Origin: an uncultured virus (IMG/VR IMGVR_UViG_3300046742_000152)
Taxonomy: Duplodnaviria; Heunggongvirae; Uroviricota; Caudoviricetes
Length of the DNA stretch: 20,000 nucleotides
Reading direction: 5' to 3' (one strand)
IMG/VR virus record: IMGVR_UViG_3300046742_000152
Span: 53,872-73,871 of that record
Each line of letters begins with the position of its first letter. Positions within the stretch are counted from its first letter, which is position 1. The notes beneath the pieces are model-generated. The model was given only the letters and a program-made list of their open reading frames with translations. It was not told the DNA's origin and did no database searches. This document shows positions 7,215 to 16,542 of the stretch, one piece after another. A program made the position numbers and the translations under genes.

Positions 7215-8279
7215 CTATAAATCAAAACTATCTTTTTGAGTATTAAATTTTGGACAACCTTCGTAATGCATTTTTTCTAAATATTCCCCCACACTGTCAT
7301 CTGGTGATAATTTATGCTCTTCACCTTCTTTGGCGGTTTTAATTATATTACCATCCGAATCTTTCAGGGCAAAAAAATCAAAAGGAAACTTATAATTACA
7401 ATGCCACATAGGTGTTCCATCTTTTTTAAGTTGACCTGGCTGTTTAGCAAATCCGCAAGATAGCGGACCAGAGAAACTCTTGTCTTCGGGGTATGGCTGG
7501 TCTGCAGCAAAATTAGAGCAAGCAGTGTTATAATTAAAGTTATCTAGATAAGATTGAATTTCTGTTAAGTGATACTCAAATCCATCAAGCTCATTAAGTG
7601 ACATGGGTTCCATTTTTAGTACACCCTCTCCGTCTAAACCTAATAAATCAGATTCTAAATCAAATTTTAAAAAAAGGAATTCTGTTTGAAGCTCTTCGCA
7701 GTTGGGGTACATTTTTTTAACTGCCAAACAATAAATTAAATTTTGTAAATTATTAGTAATTTCTTTTCCAACATAAACTTTTTTACTAGTTTTAAAATCC
7801 CTAATAACAGCTCTCTTACCTTTATCGTACAAAAATAACTTATCTATAAAACCATATATATAATAATGTTTGTCACCATCATCGATCTCGATGTCAAAAG
7901 TTTTTTCCGATAAAGCTTCAAAAGGTTTTTCGTTTGAATCTCCGTAAAAATCATGATTTAAGCCATTCACAATGAAAGCGTCGATCATATCTAAATCTTC
8001 CGCAGAATTAACTGGAGGATCTTGTAGTCGAGCTTGAGTCTCAACTAATTTTAATACTGCTTTTGAGCCCGAGATAGAATTTTGTTTTATAATATTATTA
8101 TAATGCTTTTTATGTCTATCTTTACCTAGGTATTCAAATATATTATGACACACACTACCTTTAGAAGCTCCTGAATTAGATGAATCTGGGATTTGATTGA
8201 TATATTTGCACCAATAAACCCACGAGCACTTTTCTACCGTGGAAATTCTACTCGCTGATAATCTAACTTTCTTACTCAT
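7215..8279 (-). CDS. PD-(D/E)XK nuclease, Cas4/AddB/RecB-like exonuclease
   Basis: LSASRI...KC, GSVCHNIFE, GFIDKL, IRDFKT and QNLIY (QxxxY). One N-terminal Cys and several C-terminal Cys (SCG, HCN, GCP) could bind an Fe-S cluster. Confidence 0.88.
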   Translation of the reverse strand: MSKKVRLSASRISTVEKCSWVYWCKYINQIPDSSNSGASKGSVCHNIFEYLGKDRHKKHYNNIIKQNSISGSKAVLKLVETQARLQDPPVNSAEDLDMIDAFIVNGLNHDFYGDSNEKPFEALSEKTFDIEIDDGDKHYYIYGFIDKLFLYDKGKRAVIRDFKTSKKVYVGKEITNNLQNLIYCLAVKKMYPNCEELQTEFLFLKFDLESDLLGLDGEGVLKMEPMSLNELDGFEYHLTEIQSYLDNFNYNTACSNFAADQPYPEDKSFSGPLSCGFAKQPGQLKKDGTPMWHCNYKFPFDFFALKDSDGNIIKTAKEGEEHKLSPDDSVGEYLEKMHYEGCPKFNTQKDSFDL

Positions 8280-9333
8280 ATTCAGACAAATATTTTATAT
8301 TATTAAATAAATTTTTCGATAAAATCTTATTAGAAAAAAGTTTTTTAGAATAGTTCAAAACTTGATTGCATATTTTTTTATGAGAAGCGTAATTAATTTC
8401 TTTTTTAATTAACCAATTATCAAAATCTGCAGCATTCATATCTCCAAAATCATTTTTAGTAGGTAAGCATATTCTTATTTTTTCAGCAGAGAAATAGCTT
8501 AAAAGCTTTAAAAATAATTTAATCGCAGACTCTTTTCCGATATTTCTAGATTTCTGATTGTCGTTGTTCAATGAGATGCATATGTTTTTAGGATTTAACC
8601 CCATGATAATAGAGCATAAATGAGGGGACAAAGAAGTTCCAAACGTCACCAAGCAATTTTTAAAACCTCGCTCGTATAGAGAAAGCATGTCGCCAACACT
8701 CTCCACTAAAATAATTTCTTTGGATTCTTGAATGCTATTTAAAATCGGAAAAGAATTAGTAAGGCGATCAAAATTATATAATGGATAAGCCCATGAACTT
8801 TTCTTTCCCATGTGCTTCCATTTTGGTCTATTGCTAGATTGCGACATGTCTCTACCAGCAACCCCATGAATTTTTTGAAATTTATTAAAAATAGGAAAAA
8901 CATATCTTTGGTACATTGCACCCGCAGTACACATTCCTGAATTAAAAAAATTTAAAGTTTCATCGCTGATACCTTTGTTGTTGTAGAATTTATAATGAGG
9001 AAGTAGATTCTCAAACTCTTTAGAATTAAAAGTAGTCTCAGATTTTAAATGCGAAGATATTTTATTATTTTCAATTCTATCACTGAGATTAGTATTGGAT
9101 AAAATTTCTTTAGCCGCAGAACTTCCAACAGTTTTCTCGATTAAAACTGAGAAAGGCATGTAAGAGTCACCCGTGACATAATCTTTCCAAACTCCACTAC
9201 CTTTAAAAATTTGAACAGCCTGAGGGTTGTCGCCACCTCGGTAAACAGCTGTTGATTGCCAGTATTCCCCGCGATCAAGAAGCGGATACTCTAAGTCTCT
9301 TAAAACACTTTCAATTTGTTGAGGATTGTTCAT
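8272..9333 (-). CDS. dnaG: DnaG-type DNA primase (TOPRIM)
   Basis: RYVFPIFN...GVAGRD, PKWKH, TOPRIM IILVESVGDMLSL, SLNND and KNDFGDM. It directly abuts dnaB. Confidence 0.88.
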   Translation of the reverse strand: MNNPQQIESVLRDLEYPLLDRGEYWQSTAVYRGGDNPQAVQIFKGSGVWKDYVTGDSYMPFSVLIEKTVGSSAAKEILSNTNLSDRIENNKISSHLKSETTFNSKEFENLLPHYKFYNNKGISDETLNFFNSGMCTAGAMYQRYVFPIFNKFQKIHGVAGRDMSQSSNRPKWKHMGKKSSWAYPLYNFDRLTNSFPILNSIQESKEIILVESVGDMLSLYERGFKNCLVTFGTSLSPHLCSIIMGLNPKNICISLNNDNQKSRNIGKESAIKLFLKLLSYFSAEKIRICLPTKNDFGDMNAADFDNWLIKKEINYASHKKICNQVLNYSKKLFSNKILSKNLFNNIKYLSEYE

Positions 9334-10872
9334 TTAAATTGGCAGCTCTCCATCTTGAGAATTTGGGGAAGTGTCTAAAGTATTAATAGTTTGACCTTGC
9401 TCAAGCAAGTCTACCAAATCACCACAATCTTTTATTTTAAAGTTATTAAAATCAAGGTTGATATAGTTTTTTTTCATTGACCCATCAGGCATTTCTACTA
9501 AATTTTGCAAACGAGCAGTATCAGAGCCATGATTTCTAGCTTTTTCAATTTTCATAATATGCCTACCGCAAAAAACTGGATCAGACTGTAATTCATCAAT
9601 AGTTTTATTGCGTAAGATCAGCATGTGAGAACAAAATTGTTTTATTCTGTGACTTAAAGATATTACGCTTTCGTCATCTACTACTGCATCTGAATTTCTG
9701 TTGCCAACTGTTCCAATTCTATTGGCTTGCACACTGGTCATTAAAGAAACCATAGGTCTTCCTTCAAAAACAAGATCTCTTTGAATTAATTTTTTGAATT
9801 TGTCTACCATTTCCCCTACAATTTGATACTCAGTTTTAAATTTACTAGTAGACTCAAAACTTGATTTAATATAATCAAAATTAATAATTAATTGGTTACC
9901 CCTGCCTATTTGAGAATAATAATATCTTTTTATATAAGAGATAATTTCATCCGTGCATTTTCCACCAACGTTATAATAATCATATATAATATCTCCATTA
10001 CTAATCTTAGTTAAGGCAGATTCTACGCGTGGTTTTAAATTTGAATCATCTGCCCAGTCGCCACTTTCAATTAAATAAAGAGGGACATTTGAATAAGAGG
10101 CTAACATTCTAAATGCAATTTCTTCTTCGCTCATTTCACCATTATCTAAATGCAGTACTGGAATCTTATGTTTTCCAGCTAAACACATGCAGTAATGCGT
10201 AGTGAATTGAGTTTTACCTACTCCAGAGCCCGCACAGACAATTGTTATGTGACCACCTTTATTTAATGATCCACATAATTTATTTAAACTAGGGTGTGGT
10301 CCTTCAGGACCAGTATCTTTAAAGATGGACCTGTCATTAGCTCGTTCATAAACTAAATCAGGTAAAATATTAAATAGATTTACAGCTTTTCCAGAGGAGT
10401 TTTCATATAATTCAATTTTTTCATTATAAATTGAATCACAAGTTTCAATAATTTCATCATAAGAAACAGTTGAATCTAGGGAAGACATAGACTTAGAGAT
10501 TTTCTCGCCAGTAACCTTTAGTTCTCTTCTAACGCTTAATAATTTTATAACTTCAGCTGCATTCTTGAAAATATCTTCAGACAGGTTTGAAGAAAGCAAA
10601 TCTATAGATTCAAGATAGTCGGGGATTTTAATATTGTCCTGAAAAGATATATTTAGGCAAGACAAATGGTGCGAAAGCAATGATATGTCTACGACTTTTT
10701 GTTCATCTAGTAGGGCTTTTATTTTTAAAAAAATTGTTTTATGAACTACAGAATCTTTACTATAAAAATCTTCAGCGCTTACGAAATGAGAAATTTCAGA
10801 AACAAATAAGTCGCTGTAACTTAACATTCCTGCTAAAAAAATTCTCTCCTGCTCGAAATCAAATAATTTCAT
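9334..10872 (-). CDS. dnaB: Replicative DNA helicase DnaB (SF4)
   Basis: N-terminal domain (EQERIFLAGML, EDFY...HKTIF), Walker A GSGVGKT, GEM, FDYIK, QANR and arginine finger KARN. Confidence 0.9.
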   Translation of the reverse strand: MKLFDFEQERIFLAGMLSYSDLFVSEISHFVSAEDFYSKDSVVHKTIFLKIKALLDEQKVVDISLLSHHLSCLNISFQDNIKIPDYLESIDLLSSNLSEDIFKNAAEVIKLLSVRRELKVTGEKISKSMSSLDSTVSYDEIIETCDSIYNEKIELYENSSGKAVNLFNILPDLVYERANDRSIFKDTGPEGPHPSLNKLCGSLNKGGHITIVCAGSGVGKTQFTTHYCMCLAGKHKIPVLHLDNGEMSEEEIAFRMLASYSNVPLYLIESGDWADDSNLKPRVESALTKISNGDIIYDYYNVGGKCTDEIISYIKRYYYSQIGRGNQLIINFDYIKSSFESTSKFKTEYQIVGEMVDKFKKLIQRDLVFEGRPMVSLMTSVQANRIGTVGNRNSDAVVDDESVISLSHRIKQFCSHMLILRNKTIDELQSDPVFCGRHIMKIEKARNHGSDTARLQNLVEMPDGSMKKNYINLDFNNFKIKDCGDLVDLLEQGQTINTLDTSPNSQDGELPI

Positions 10873-10881
10873 GAGTGAAAC

Positions 10882-10910
10882 ATAGTAACATAAAAAAGAT
10901 AGACTGTCAA
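10882..10910 (-). promoter_or_regulatory. Sigma70-type promoter for dnaB-dnaG-nuclease
   Basis: TTGACA (10910-10905), 17-nt spacer ending TGt, TACTAT (10887-10882), ending 9 nt before ATG 10872. Confidence 0.8.
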
Positions 10911-10914
10911 TAGT

Positions 10915-11166
10915 TTAATTATCTAAAAAATCTAAAGAGTTGCCTTCATTAATCTCAATTAAATAATCTTCTAAAGCTTTTCGAATCCCAAGCTCAACGA
11001 TTTCATTAGCAGATTTTTGATAAATGAAGGGCCTGCCGTCTTGACCAACGCAAGCTAATAAAAATCCCCTATTTGAATCAAAATTACCCGTTAAATCATA
11101 AAGTTCCTTTAAGAAACTTTCTGGGATAAAAAAATCTTCAAAATCTTTTTCGTTATTTTTTGACAC
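10915..11166 (-). CDS. Hypothetical acidic protein (83 aa)
   Basis: Open frame with GTG start, preceded by GTGTA-ATATATATT; no recognisable family. Confidence 0.75.
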   Translation of the reverse strand: MSKNNEKDFEDFFIPESFLKELYDLTGNFDSNRGFLLACVGQDGRPFIYQKSANEIVELGIRKALEDYLIEINEGNSLDFLDN

Positions 11167-11180
11167 AATATATATTACAC
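11167..11180 (-). promoter_or_regulatory. GTGTA-N9 putative phage promoter
   Basis: GTGTAATATATATT fills most of the 18-nt intergenic gap directly before GTG 11166. Confidence 0.55.
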
Positions 11181-11184
11181 TAAG

Positions 11185-11595
11185 TTATAAATCAATATCT
11201 AGTTTTTTGAAAAAATTAATTGATACTTTGTCTTCAGGAAACACTTCTACAAGTTTTAAGTTGTTTATTTTGCAAAATTCAAATTTTTGATTATCTCTGC
11301 TTAATTGATTTAAATAATTGTTTTTATATTGCCCATGAAAAAATGGCACATAACGAGTGTGCTGAGCTCCCTGAACTTCAATAGCTATTTTTTTATTAGC
11401 ATTATAAAGATCAATAGATAACTTTGTACCAGGGATGGGAAACTCTTCAAAAACTACGTGATTGCACCAATAAGGTTCTAGGAAACTTTTAACTTCAAAT
11501 TGAAACTTACTTCTGCTAGGCTTATCCCATTTAATTAAATGTTTTTTAAGATTAGAAATGCCTCTGGTTGCTCCAGATAAAGTTTTAAATTTCAC
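11185..11595 (-). CDS. Vsr/DUF559-like restriction-endonuclease-fold protein
   Basis: EEFPIPG, IDLY, IAIEVQGAQH and RDNQKFEFCKINNLKLVEV match the Vsr-like pattern. Confidence 0.8.
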   Translation of the reverse strand: MKFKTLSGATRGISNLKKHLIKWDKPSRSKFQFEVKSFLEPYWCNHVVFEEFPIPGTKLSIDLYNANKKIAIEVQGAQHTRYVPFFHGQYKNNYLNQLSRDNQKFEFCKINNLKLVEVFPEDKVSINFFKKLDIDL

Positions 11596-11598
11596 AAA

Positions 11599-13590
11599 TT
11601 AAGACCAAGAATAATTAATTCCACCTCCATGCCCAGAATCATAATAAACTAAAGGTTTATCGATATATACACAGTTTGTATGTTTTATAATGCGCTTCCA
11701 GTACTCGTAGTCATCTGCAGCTTTCATTGGTGTAAAATCTCCCACTGTTTCAAACATAGATTTCTCGATAACAACACTGCTACAGATTGCAGAATTATGT
11801 ATTCTAAAAAAACCTTCATCCCAAATTTTTGGAAAAGAATTTTCATGTAATGAAAAATCATAAGGTGTGTTAGCATATTTATTTTTTAAAGTTTCAAAGA
11901 AAACTTCTTTATTGTATAATTTATAAGACTGATCTGAGTCATAAACTCCAGAACCTCTAAGCCCATCAGTACAACTCATTTTGCAGTTTGAAGTTTCCAT
12001 TGCTTTGACTTGCTCAGATATTTTATCTGGCAACCAAATGTCATCATCATCGCAAAAAGCAAATAAGCTACCAGAGCCAGCTTTCATGCCAAAATTTCTT
12101 TGAAAACCTCCTGGAACAGGGTATCCTATTGCTTCTTTACTGCTTGGATCTAAGTGCATGATAATATCAACCCCGAACTTTTTCCAATCAAAAGAATAGT
12201 ATTGCTCGTCAGTCGATTTATCATTGATAACAATAATTTCTAAATTTTTATAAGTTTGAGATTTTATTGAATTAATGGTATTCATTAAATAATCAAACCT
12301 ATTATACGTAGAGACTATTGCTGAGACCAAAGGCTCTTCTTTAACTGAGATTTCAACTTGATTAAGTAAAGATTCTATTTGTTGTCTTAAAGGATGGTTG
12401 AAAGCTGAAAAATTGGTGCTGGGACATGGCAAGGGCCTAAAAATATTTTCTTGATACGGCAAGCCCGCTTGAAAAAATGCAGGTTTAGCTCCCCAAGAGC
12501 CTTCTTCAACATGTTTTCCGTTAATACCTAAGCCGACAAACTTATGACTTTGAGAATATTTTGATTGATAAACAACAAAACATTCTTCGTCATCATTAAT
12601 TGTTTCAATAGTAACATTTGAGTAACCCCCGAACATGTATCTAACTATTAAATGGTTTTGAGATTTTACTGGTAGTACAACAGACTCATACTTATCAATT
12701 AAAGCTTGTAGGCAGTCGCGAACTACAAAATGATCTCCAGGACCTAAATGAGGGACCACAAATATTTTAGAAGAATTTTCTAAATTAGGATTTTGAGATC
12801 GCAAATGAAAAGCAGATGTGCGAGCTCCCACAAAGTCTGCATACTTTGAAGGTGCATGAGGAGGGAATGGGACTGAATTTTTAAATTTACTCGACTGAGG
12901 GTTATTGTGATGATCTATGCAGCTGTCAATATATTTAGTTAAAATCACTTGGGATAAAAAACTTTGGTCATCACTATAATTAAAGTTGTAATTTTTAGCT
13001 TTTGCCCAATCATTGATTGATGAAGTCATGTTTATGTCAATTGGCAGTTTTAATCCACACATGCCCCCCATGATGGGAGACCAATGACCCGCATCATTAT
13101 CGTGCATACTATGCAAAATAAAATCAGATGCTAACCACTGATAGACAGCTGCTTGCTCTCTGAAATTCACCAAAGAATCTGTATCTCTAAATATAACATG
13201 CGAAATGGAAGGGTCGTCGCTGGCAAAATACCGCCAGTACATAGGAAAAATCTTTGAATCTAGTACAATTACTTCACATTTCCCCGCTTCAGCTAAGCTT
13301 TTTAATTCATTTAAATTAGGAATATCTTTAGAACAGTAGAATCTGCAAATCCAATCAGGATAAACTTCTTTTGCTACTTCAATGTTTTTAATTGCTCCTA
13401 AAGTATAAACATTTTTTTGTCCGTAAACAGAAAAACTAATAACTTTTTTATTGATAAGAGGCAATTTCTTTTCATAAAGAGTTTTAAAAAAAATATCATT
13501 AGCTGTAGCAACAGTGTTTTCTTGAGTATTTTTTTCAACTTCTTTGTTGCTGCCAATAAGAAAATCTATGAGGGATTTTTTATTCATCAT
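11599..13590 (-). CDS. Multi-domain glycosyltransferase (GT-A-like N domain, HLGxGD middle domain, C-terminal GT2)
   Basis: N domain: KKVISFSVYG, YPDWICRFY, MYWRY, FRDTDS (DxD), DDQSFL. Middle: HLGPGDH. C domain: PLVSAIVSTYNR, VINDKSTD, RNFG, AFCDDDDIW, DDYEYW. Confidence 0.8.
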   Translation of the reverse strand: MMNKKSLIDFLIGSNKEVEKNTQENTVATANDIFFKTLYEKKLPLINKKVISFSVYGQKNVYTLGAIKNIEVAKEVYPDWICRFYCSKDIPNLNELKSLAEAGKCEVIVLDSKIFPMYWRYFASDDPSISHVIFRDTDSLVNFREQAAVYQWLASDFILHSMHDNDAGHWSPIMGGMCGLKLPIDINMTSSINDWAKAKNYNFNYSDDQSFLSQVILTKYIDSCIDHHNNPQSSKFKNSVPFPPHAPSKYADFVGARTSAFHLRSQNPNLENSSKIFVVPHLGPGDHFVVRDCLQALIDKYESVVLPVKSQNHLIVRYMFGGYSNVTIETINDDEECFVVYQSKYSQSHKFVGLGINGKHVEEGSWGAKPAFFQAGLPYQENIFRPLPCPSTNFSAFNHPLRQQIESLLNQVEISVKEEPLVSAIVSTYNRFDYLMNTINSIKSQTYKNLEIIVINDKSTDEQYYSFDWKKFGVDIIMHLDPSSKEAIGYPVPGGFQRNFGMKAGSGSLFAFCDDDDIWLPDKISEQVKAMETSNCKMSCTDGLRGSGVYDSDQSYKLYNKEVFFETLKNKYANTPYDFSLHENSFPKIWDEGFFRIHNSAICSSVVIEKSMFETVGDFTPMKAADDYEYWKRIIKHTNCVYIDKPLVYYDSGHGGGINYSWS

Positions 13591-15056
13591 TTTCTAGACT
13601 TTGGTTTTTTCTCGTCAGAGAATATAATATTATCGCAGCTATCTTTCCCTGTAATGCATAACCAGTGAGGGTGATTGCCCTCTTCGAAATTAAACTCTGT
13701 TTCTTTTTTAGTTTCAGCATAAAGCACTCTCTTATTTAACCTTGGGGCAAAAATTCTAGGAGGTGTTTCTCTACCTTTTGCTAAGGTACAAGCCCAGAAG
13801 CTGAAGGATGAATTAGCTCTAAAAATTGTACGAGCAAAATAAATGCGTAGAAAATCAGGTAACCAGTCAAAAATTACTCCTTTTGTATAGCTAGTTCCCT
13901 CTGGGTATCGCCAACTGCTCCTCTGATCACTTGAAATTAACCCTTGAGTAATTGCATTACCAACTCCCCATTTGTTGGACCAATCGTCAGACGTCCACTG
14001 AATTTCTTTAGGATCAAATCCGTACTTTTCAAAACATTTTTCATAAGATTTTTTACTGATGGTTGAATAACCTCCATTAGAAGAGTAATTTACGTCTGAG
14101 ATGTCATCTCTTCGCAAATGCGCAATATCATAAGTGCCTTGAATGTCCTCTAGTCTTTTATAAACATCTAAATTTTTAACTTCATCATTAAACTCATAAA
14201 GTTTTAGCACATCAGCAAGTTTCATGTGTTTAAAAATCTCTGTATGATACGCTGAGACACTATCGATTGCAACTGCTTGATTGTATTTTGTATAAGTTTC
14301 TTGAGGGTTATCAGGACTAATATATTTTATATCATATTCAGAGCGAGCGCTGTAATCCAATGTAGCTTCCAATCGCTGTTCAAAATTATCAAATTCAGGC
14401 ATTGTTTGGTTTATGCGATTTCTAAGCTCATCATCTTCAATTATTTTATAATCTAAATTTTTAAACAAGTGATCGCCTTCCCAATTTGAGGGTAAAAATA
14501 ATTCTCCATTTAATTTTTTAGCGCGATTGTGCAAATAAGCATAGGTATGCATTCTATTGCCAAATCTTCCATTCCAGTGTATTAAGAATACATCATTAGT
14601 TTTCTTTTTTGGAATATTTAATTGTTTTCTCTCTGAAGATATAACTGATTTTTTGAATTCAGTAATGTGCAAAGACTTATTTTTAACCTCCGATATAAAT
14701 TCGTTGATGTGATCAATGTCATTTGTAATTTCAAATACTAAATCTATAATACGATCTAAAGATTTTTTAGGATTAAACTCGTTGTTTGTTGTTGACTGCA
14801 CAGATTCATTTTCTTTTGGCACGTCTTTTTCAGCAACAACTTCTTTACTTTCTTTTTGAATTTTTAAAGATTCTTCACTTTCCCCTGAGAGTAGTTTAAT
14901 TAATTCAGATCTTTTATCTTTTGTTGAATCAGATTTATCAGAAGTTTTTTTTGTAGATGAATCTTTTTGTTCTTCACCGCTTGTCAACATAGCAATAAGA
15001 TCGTTTTTATTTTTTTTATTTAAAGTTTCTTTTTTCTTTTTTGTTTTAGTTGTCAT
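13587..15056 (-). CDS. GT11-like (alpha-1,2-fucosyltransferase-like) glycosyltransferase with a charged N-terminal extension
   Basis: GRFGNRMHTYA resembles GxLGNQMFQYA; HLRRDD resembles HVRRGD; ANSSFSFWA resembles NSTFSWWA. The first roughly 150 aa are K/E/S-rich. Confidence 0.75.
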   Translation of the reverse strand: MTTKTKKKKETLNKKNKNDLIAMLTSGEEQKDSSTKKTSDKSDSTKDKRSELIKLLSGESEESLKIQKESKEVVAEKDVPKENESVQSTTNNEFNPKKSLDRIIDLVFEITNDIDHINEFISEVKNKSLHITEFKKSVISSERKQLNIPKKKTNDVFLIHWNGRFGNRMHTYAYLHNRAKKLNGELFLPSNWEGDHLFKNLDYKIIEDDELRNRINQTMPEFDNFEQRLEATLDYSARSEYDIKYISPDNPQETYTKYNQAVAIDSVSAYHTEIFKHMKLADVLKLYEFNDEVKNLDVYKRLEDIQGTYDIAHLRRDDISDVNYSSNGGYSTISKKSYEKCFEKYGFDPKEIQWTSDDWSNKWGVGNAITQGLISSDQRSSWRYPEGTSYTKGVIFDWLPDFLRIYFARTIFRANSSFSFWACTLAKGRETPPRIFAPRLNKRVLYAETKKETEFNFEEGNHPHWLCITGKDSCDNIIFSDEKKPKSRK

Positions 15057-15058
15057 AA

Positions 15059-16153
15059 TTATAAATTTAATATTTCTTCTGTTAACATATTATAAAGATA
15101 ATTTCTAATTTTTAAATCAGATTCTAGAAAATCTAATAGTTTTTGCTCGCCTTGAACTTTCTCTGGGAAGTCAAAACCTTCTTTTTTTAGATTGTTTAAA
15201 AGCTCTTCATCGACAGAAATCCAAGCTCCTTTTTGCTCTAAGAAACCCCAATTTTTTAAGAGGTCAATAATTTCTTTTTCTATCCAGATTGAATTTCCGT
15301 CGCTACGACCATATTTAATGGGGTATCGAACTTGAGCCCCTGTTTTTTCATTCACGCTTTTTCGAAAAACTATCTTGCAATAATGACCTATTGGGTCACC
15401 TTTATCCTCTATTCTGGTAGCTGAAGGGTTGGTAAACATTATATCAGTACTATAACGCTCCTGAAATTCACATATATAATTTGCATAATGCTTGATTGCA
15501 TTACCTCCAGCCTGTTTAACTTTAGGTCCTCCTCTAGAAGCATACGGATTTGTAGAAACTTCAACTCTCACTTGAGATGTTAAAATAAGCATATGCCCCA
15601 TTTTAGTTAATGGTAATATCACTTTCTTTAAAAATACAGAAGTAATTAGTGCTCCGCCAGCAACTTGCTCACTGTCCTCAAAAGCCTTATTGTAGTCAGC
15701 GAGTCTGCATAAAGCATCTACACTATCAATAATAAATAAATATTTTTTGTTATCAGAGTTATTAGAAATTAATTCTCTCAGTAATTCAAAAACTTTTTCA
15801 TAAACATTACAATCAAATTTAAAAAATTTGTCAGGAGACTGATCTATTCCGCATCGCTGCAAGAGTTCAGGGCTTAACCTACCCTCGCTTTTAACATAAA
15901 TAACCATACCATCTTTTTCAAAATGTTTTTGAAAATTTTTAGCAACAGTTAAAGCGCAACTTGTTTTTCCACCTTCGTTGACGCCAGTAAACCTATGCGC
16001 GCCAGAACAAAAACCTCCATTCAATGCAAGGTCAAGGTTTAGACTTCCTGTTGGAATTTTATAGTTTAATTCTTCATAATCATTATAATGATATTTCGCA
16101 TTATCTTTATCTTTTAAGAATTTTTGTATTTGTTCTGTTGTATTTTCTTTCAT
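15059..16153 (-). CDS. recA: RecA/UvsX-like recombinase
   Basis: IPTGSLNLDLAL.GG, Walker A GVNEGGKT, catalytic Glu in KSEG, Walker B IIDSVDAL, SQVR, GGNAIKHYA and KGAW. Confidence 0.9.
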   Translation of the reverse strand: MKENTTEQIQKFLKDKDNAKYHYNDYEELNYKIPTGSLNLDLALNGGFCSGAHRFTGVNEGGKTSCALTVAKNFQKHFEKDGMVIYVKSEGRLSPELLQRCGIDQSPDKFFKFDCNVYEKVFELLRELISNNSDNKKYLFIIDSVDALCRLADYNKAFEDSEQVAGGALITSVFLKKVILPLTKMGHMLILTSQVRVEVSTNPYASRGGPKVKQAGGNAIKHYANYICEFQERYSTDIMFTNPSATRIEDKGDPIGHYCKIVFRKSVNEKTGAQVRYPIKYGRSDGNSIWIEKEIIDLLKNWGFLEQKGAWISVDEELLNNLKKEGFDFPEKVQGEQKLLDFLESDLKIRNYLYNMLTEEILNL

Positions 16154-16154
16154 A

Positions 16155-16529
16155 TTATTTTTTTCTCAGGAAACTTCTTAAAGTTTTTTTATTGATAGAA
16201 TAGTTCGTTGATTCAAATATATCTTTTTTAAATTTATAAGATTGATATTTGGGAGGCGACCAGTGAAAAATTTTCCATTTTTTATATAAAATTTTAGACC
16301 AAAGACGATTTTTCTTATCCAAGAATAAAGCTAAAGAAGGTACTCTTCCGTTTTTGCAAGGAGCATCATGTAGATGTAGGGAAGACCAAAACTTTTCACT
16401 TGGGAATTTACGAAAGAGTTTTTTAAAAAGTACGGTTTCTTTCTTCCAAAAGTTGATAGCAGACTTTGCGCGATTATCTTCTGGACAAATAAGAATTTTA
16501 GATATGACATCTTTGTAATTAAAGTTCAA
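16155..16529 (-). CDS. Hypothetical basic protein (124 aa)
   Basis: Open frame with TTG start, between a sigma70-type promoter and recA; Lys/Trp/Phe-rich. Confidence 0.7.
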   Translation of the reverse strand: MNFNYKDVISKILICPEDNRAKSAINFWKKETVLFKKLFRKFPSEKFWSSLHLHDAPCKNGRVPSLALFLDKKNRLWSKILYKKWKIFHWSPPKYQSYKFKKDIFESTNYSINKKTLRSFLRKK

Positions 16530-16542
16530 AATATTTTACAAT

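Noticed and set aside
2973..13668. Short ORFs 2973-3176, 4653-4946, 8739-8921, 10680-10874 and 13417-13668
   Set aside because: They fully overlap well-supported genes and have no independent evidence.
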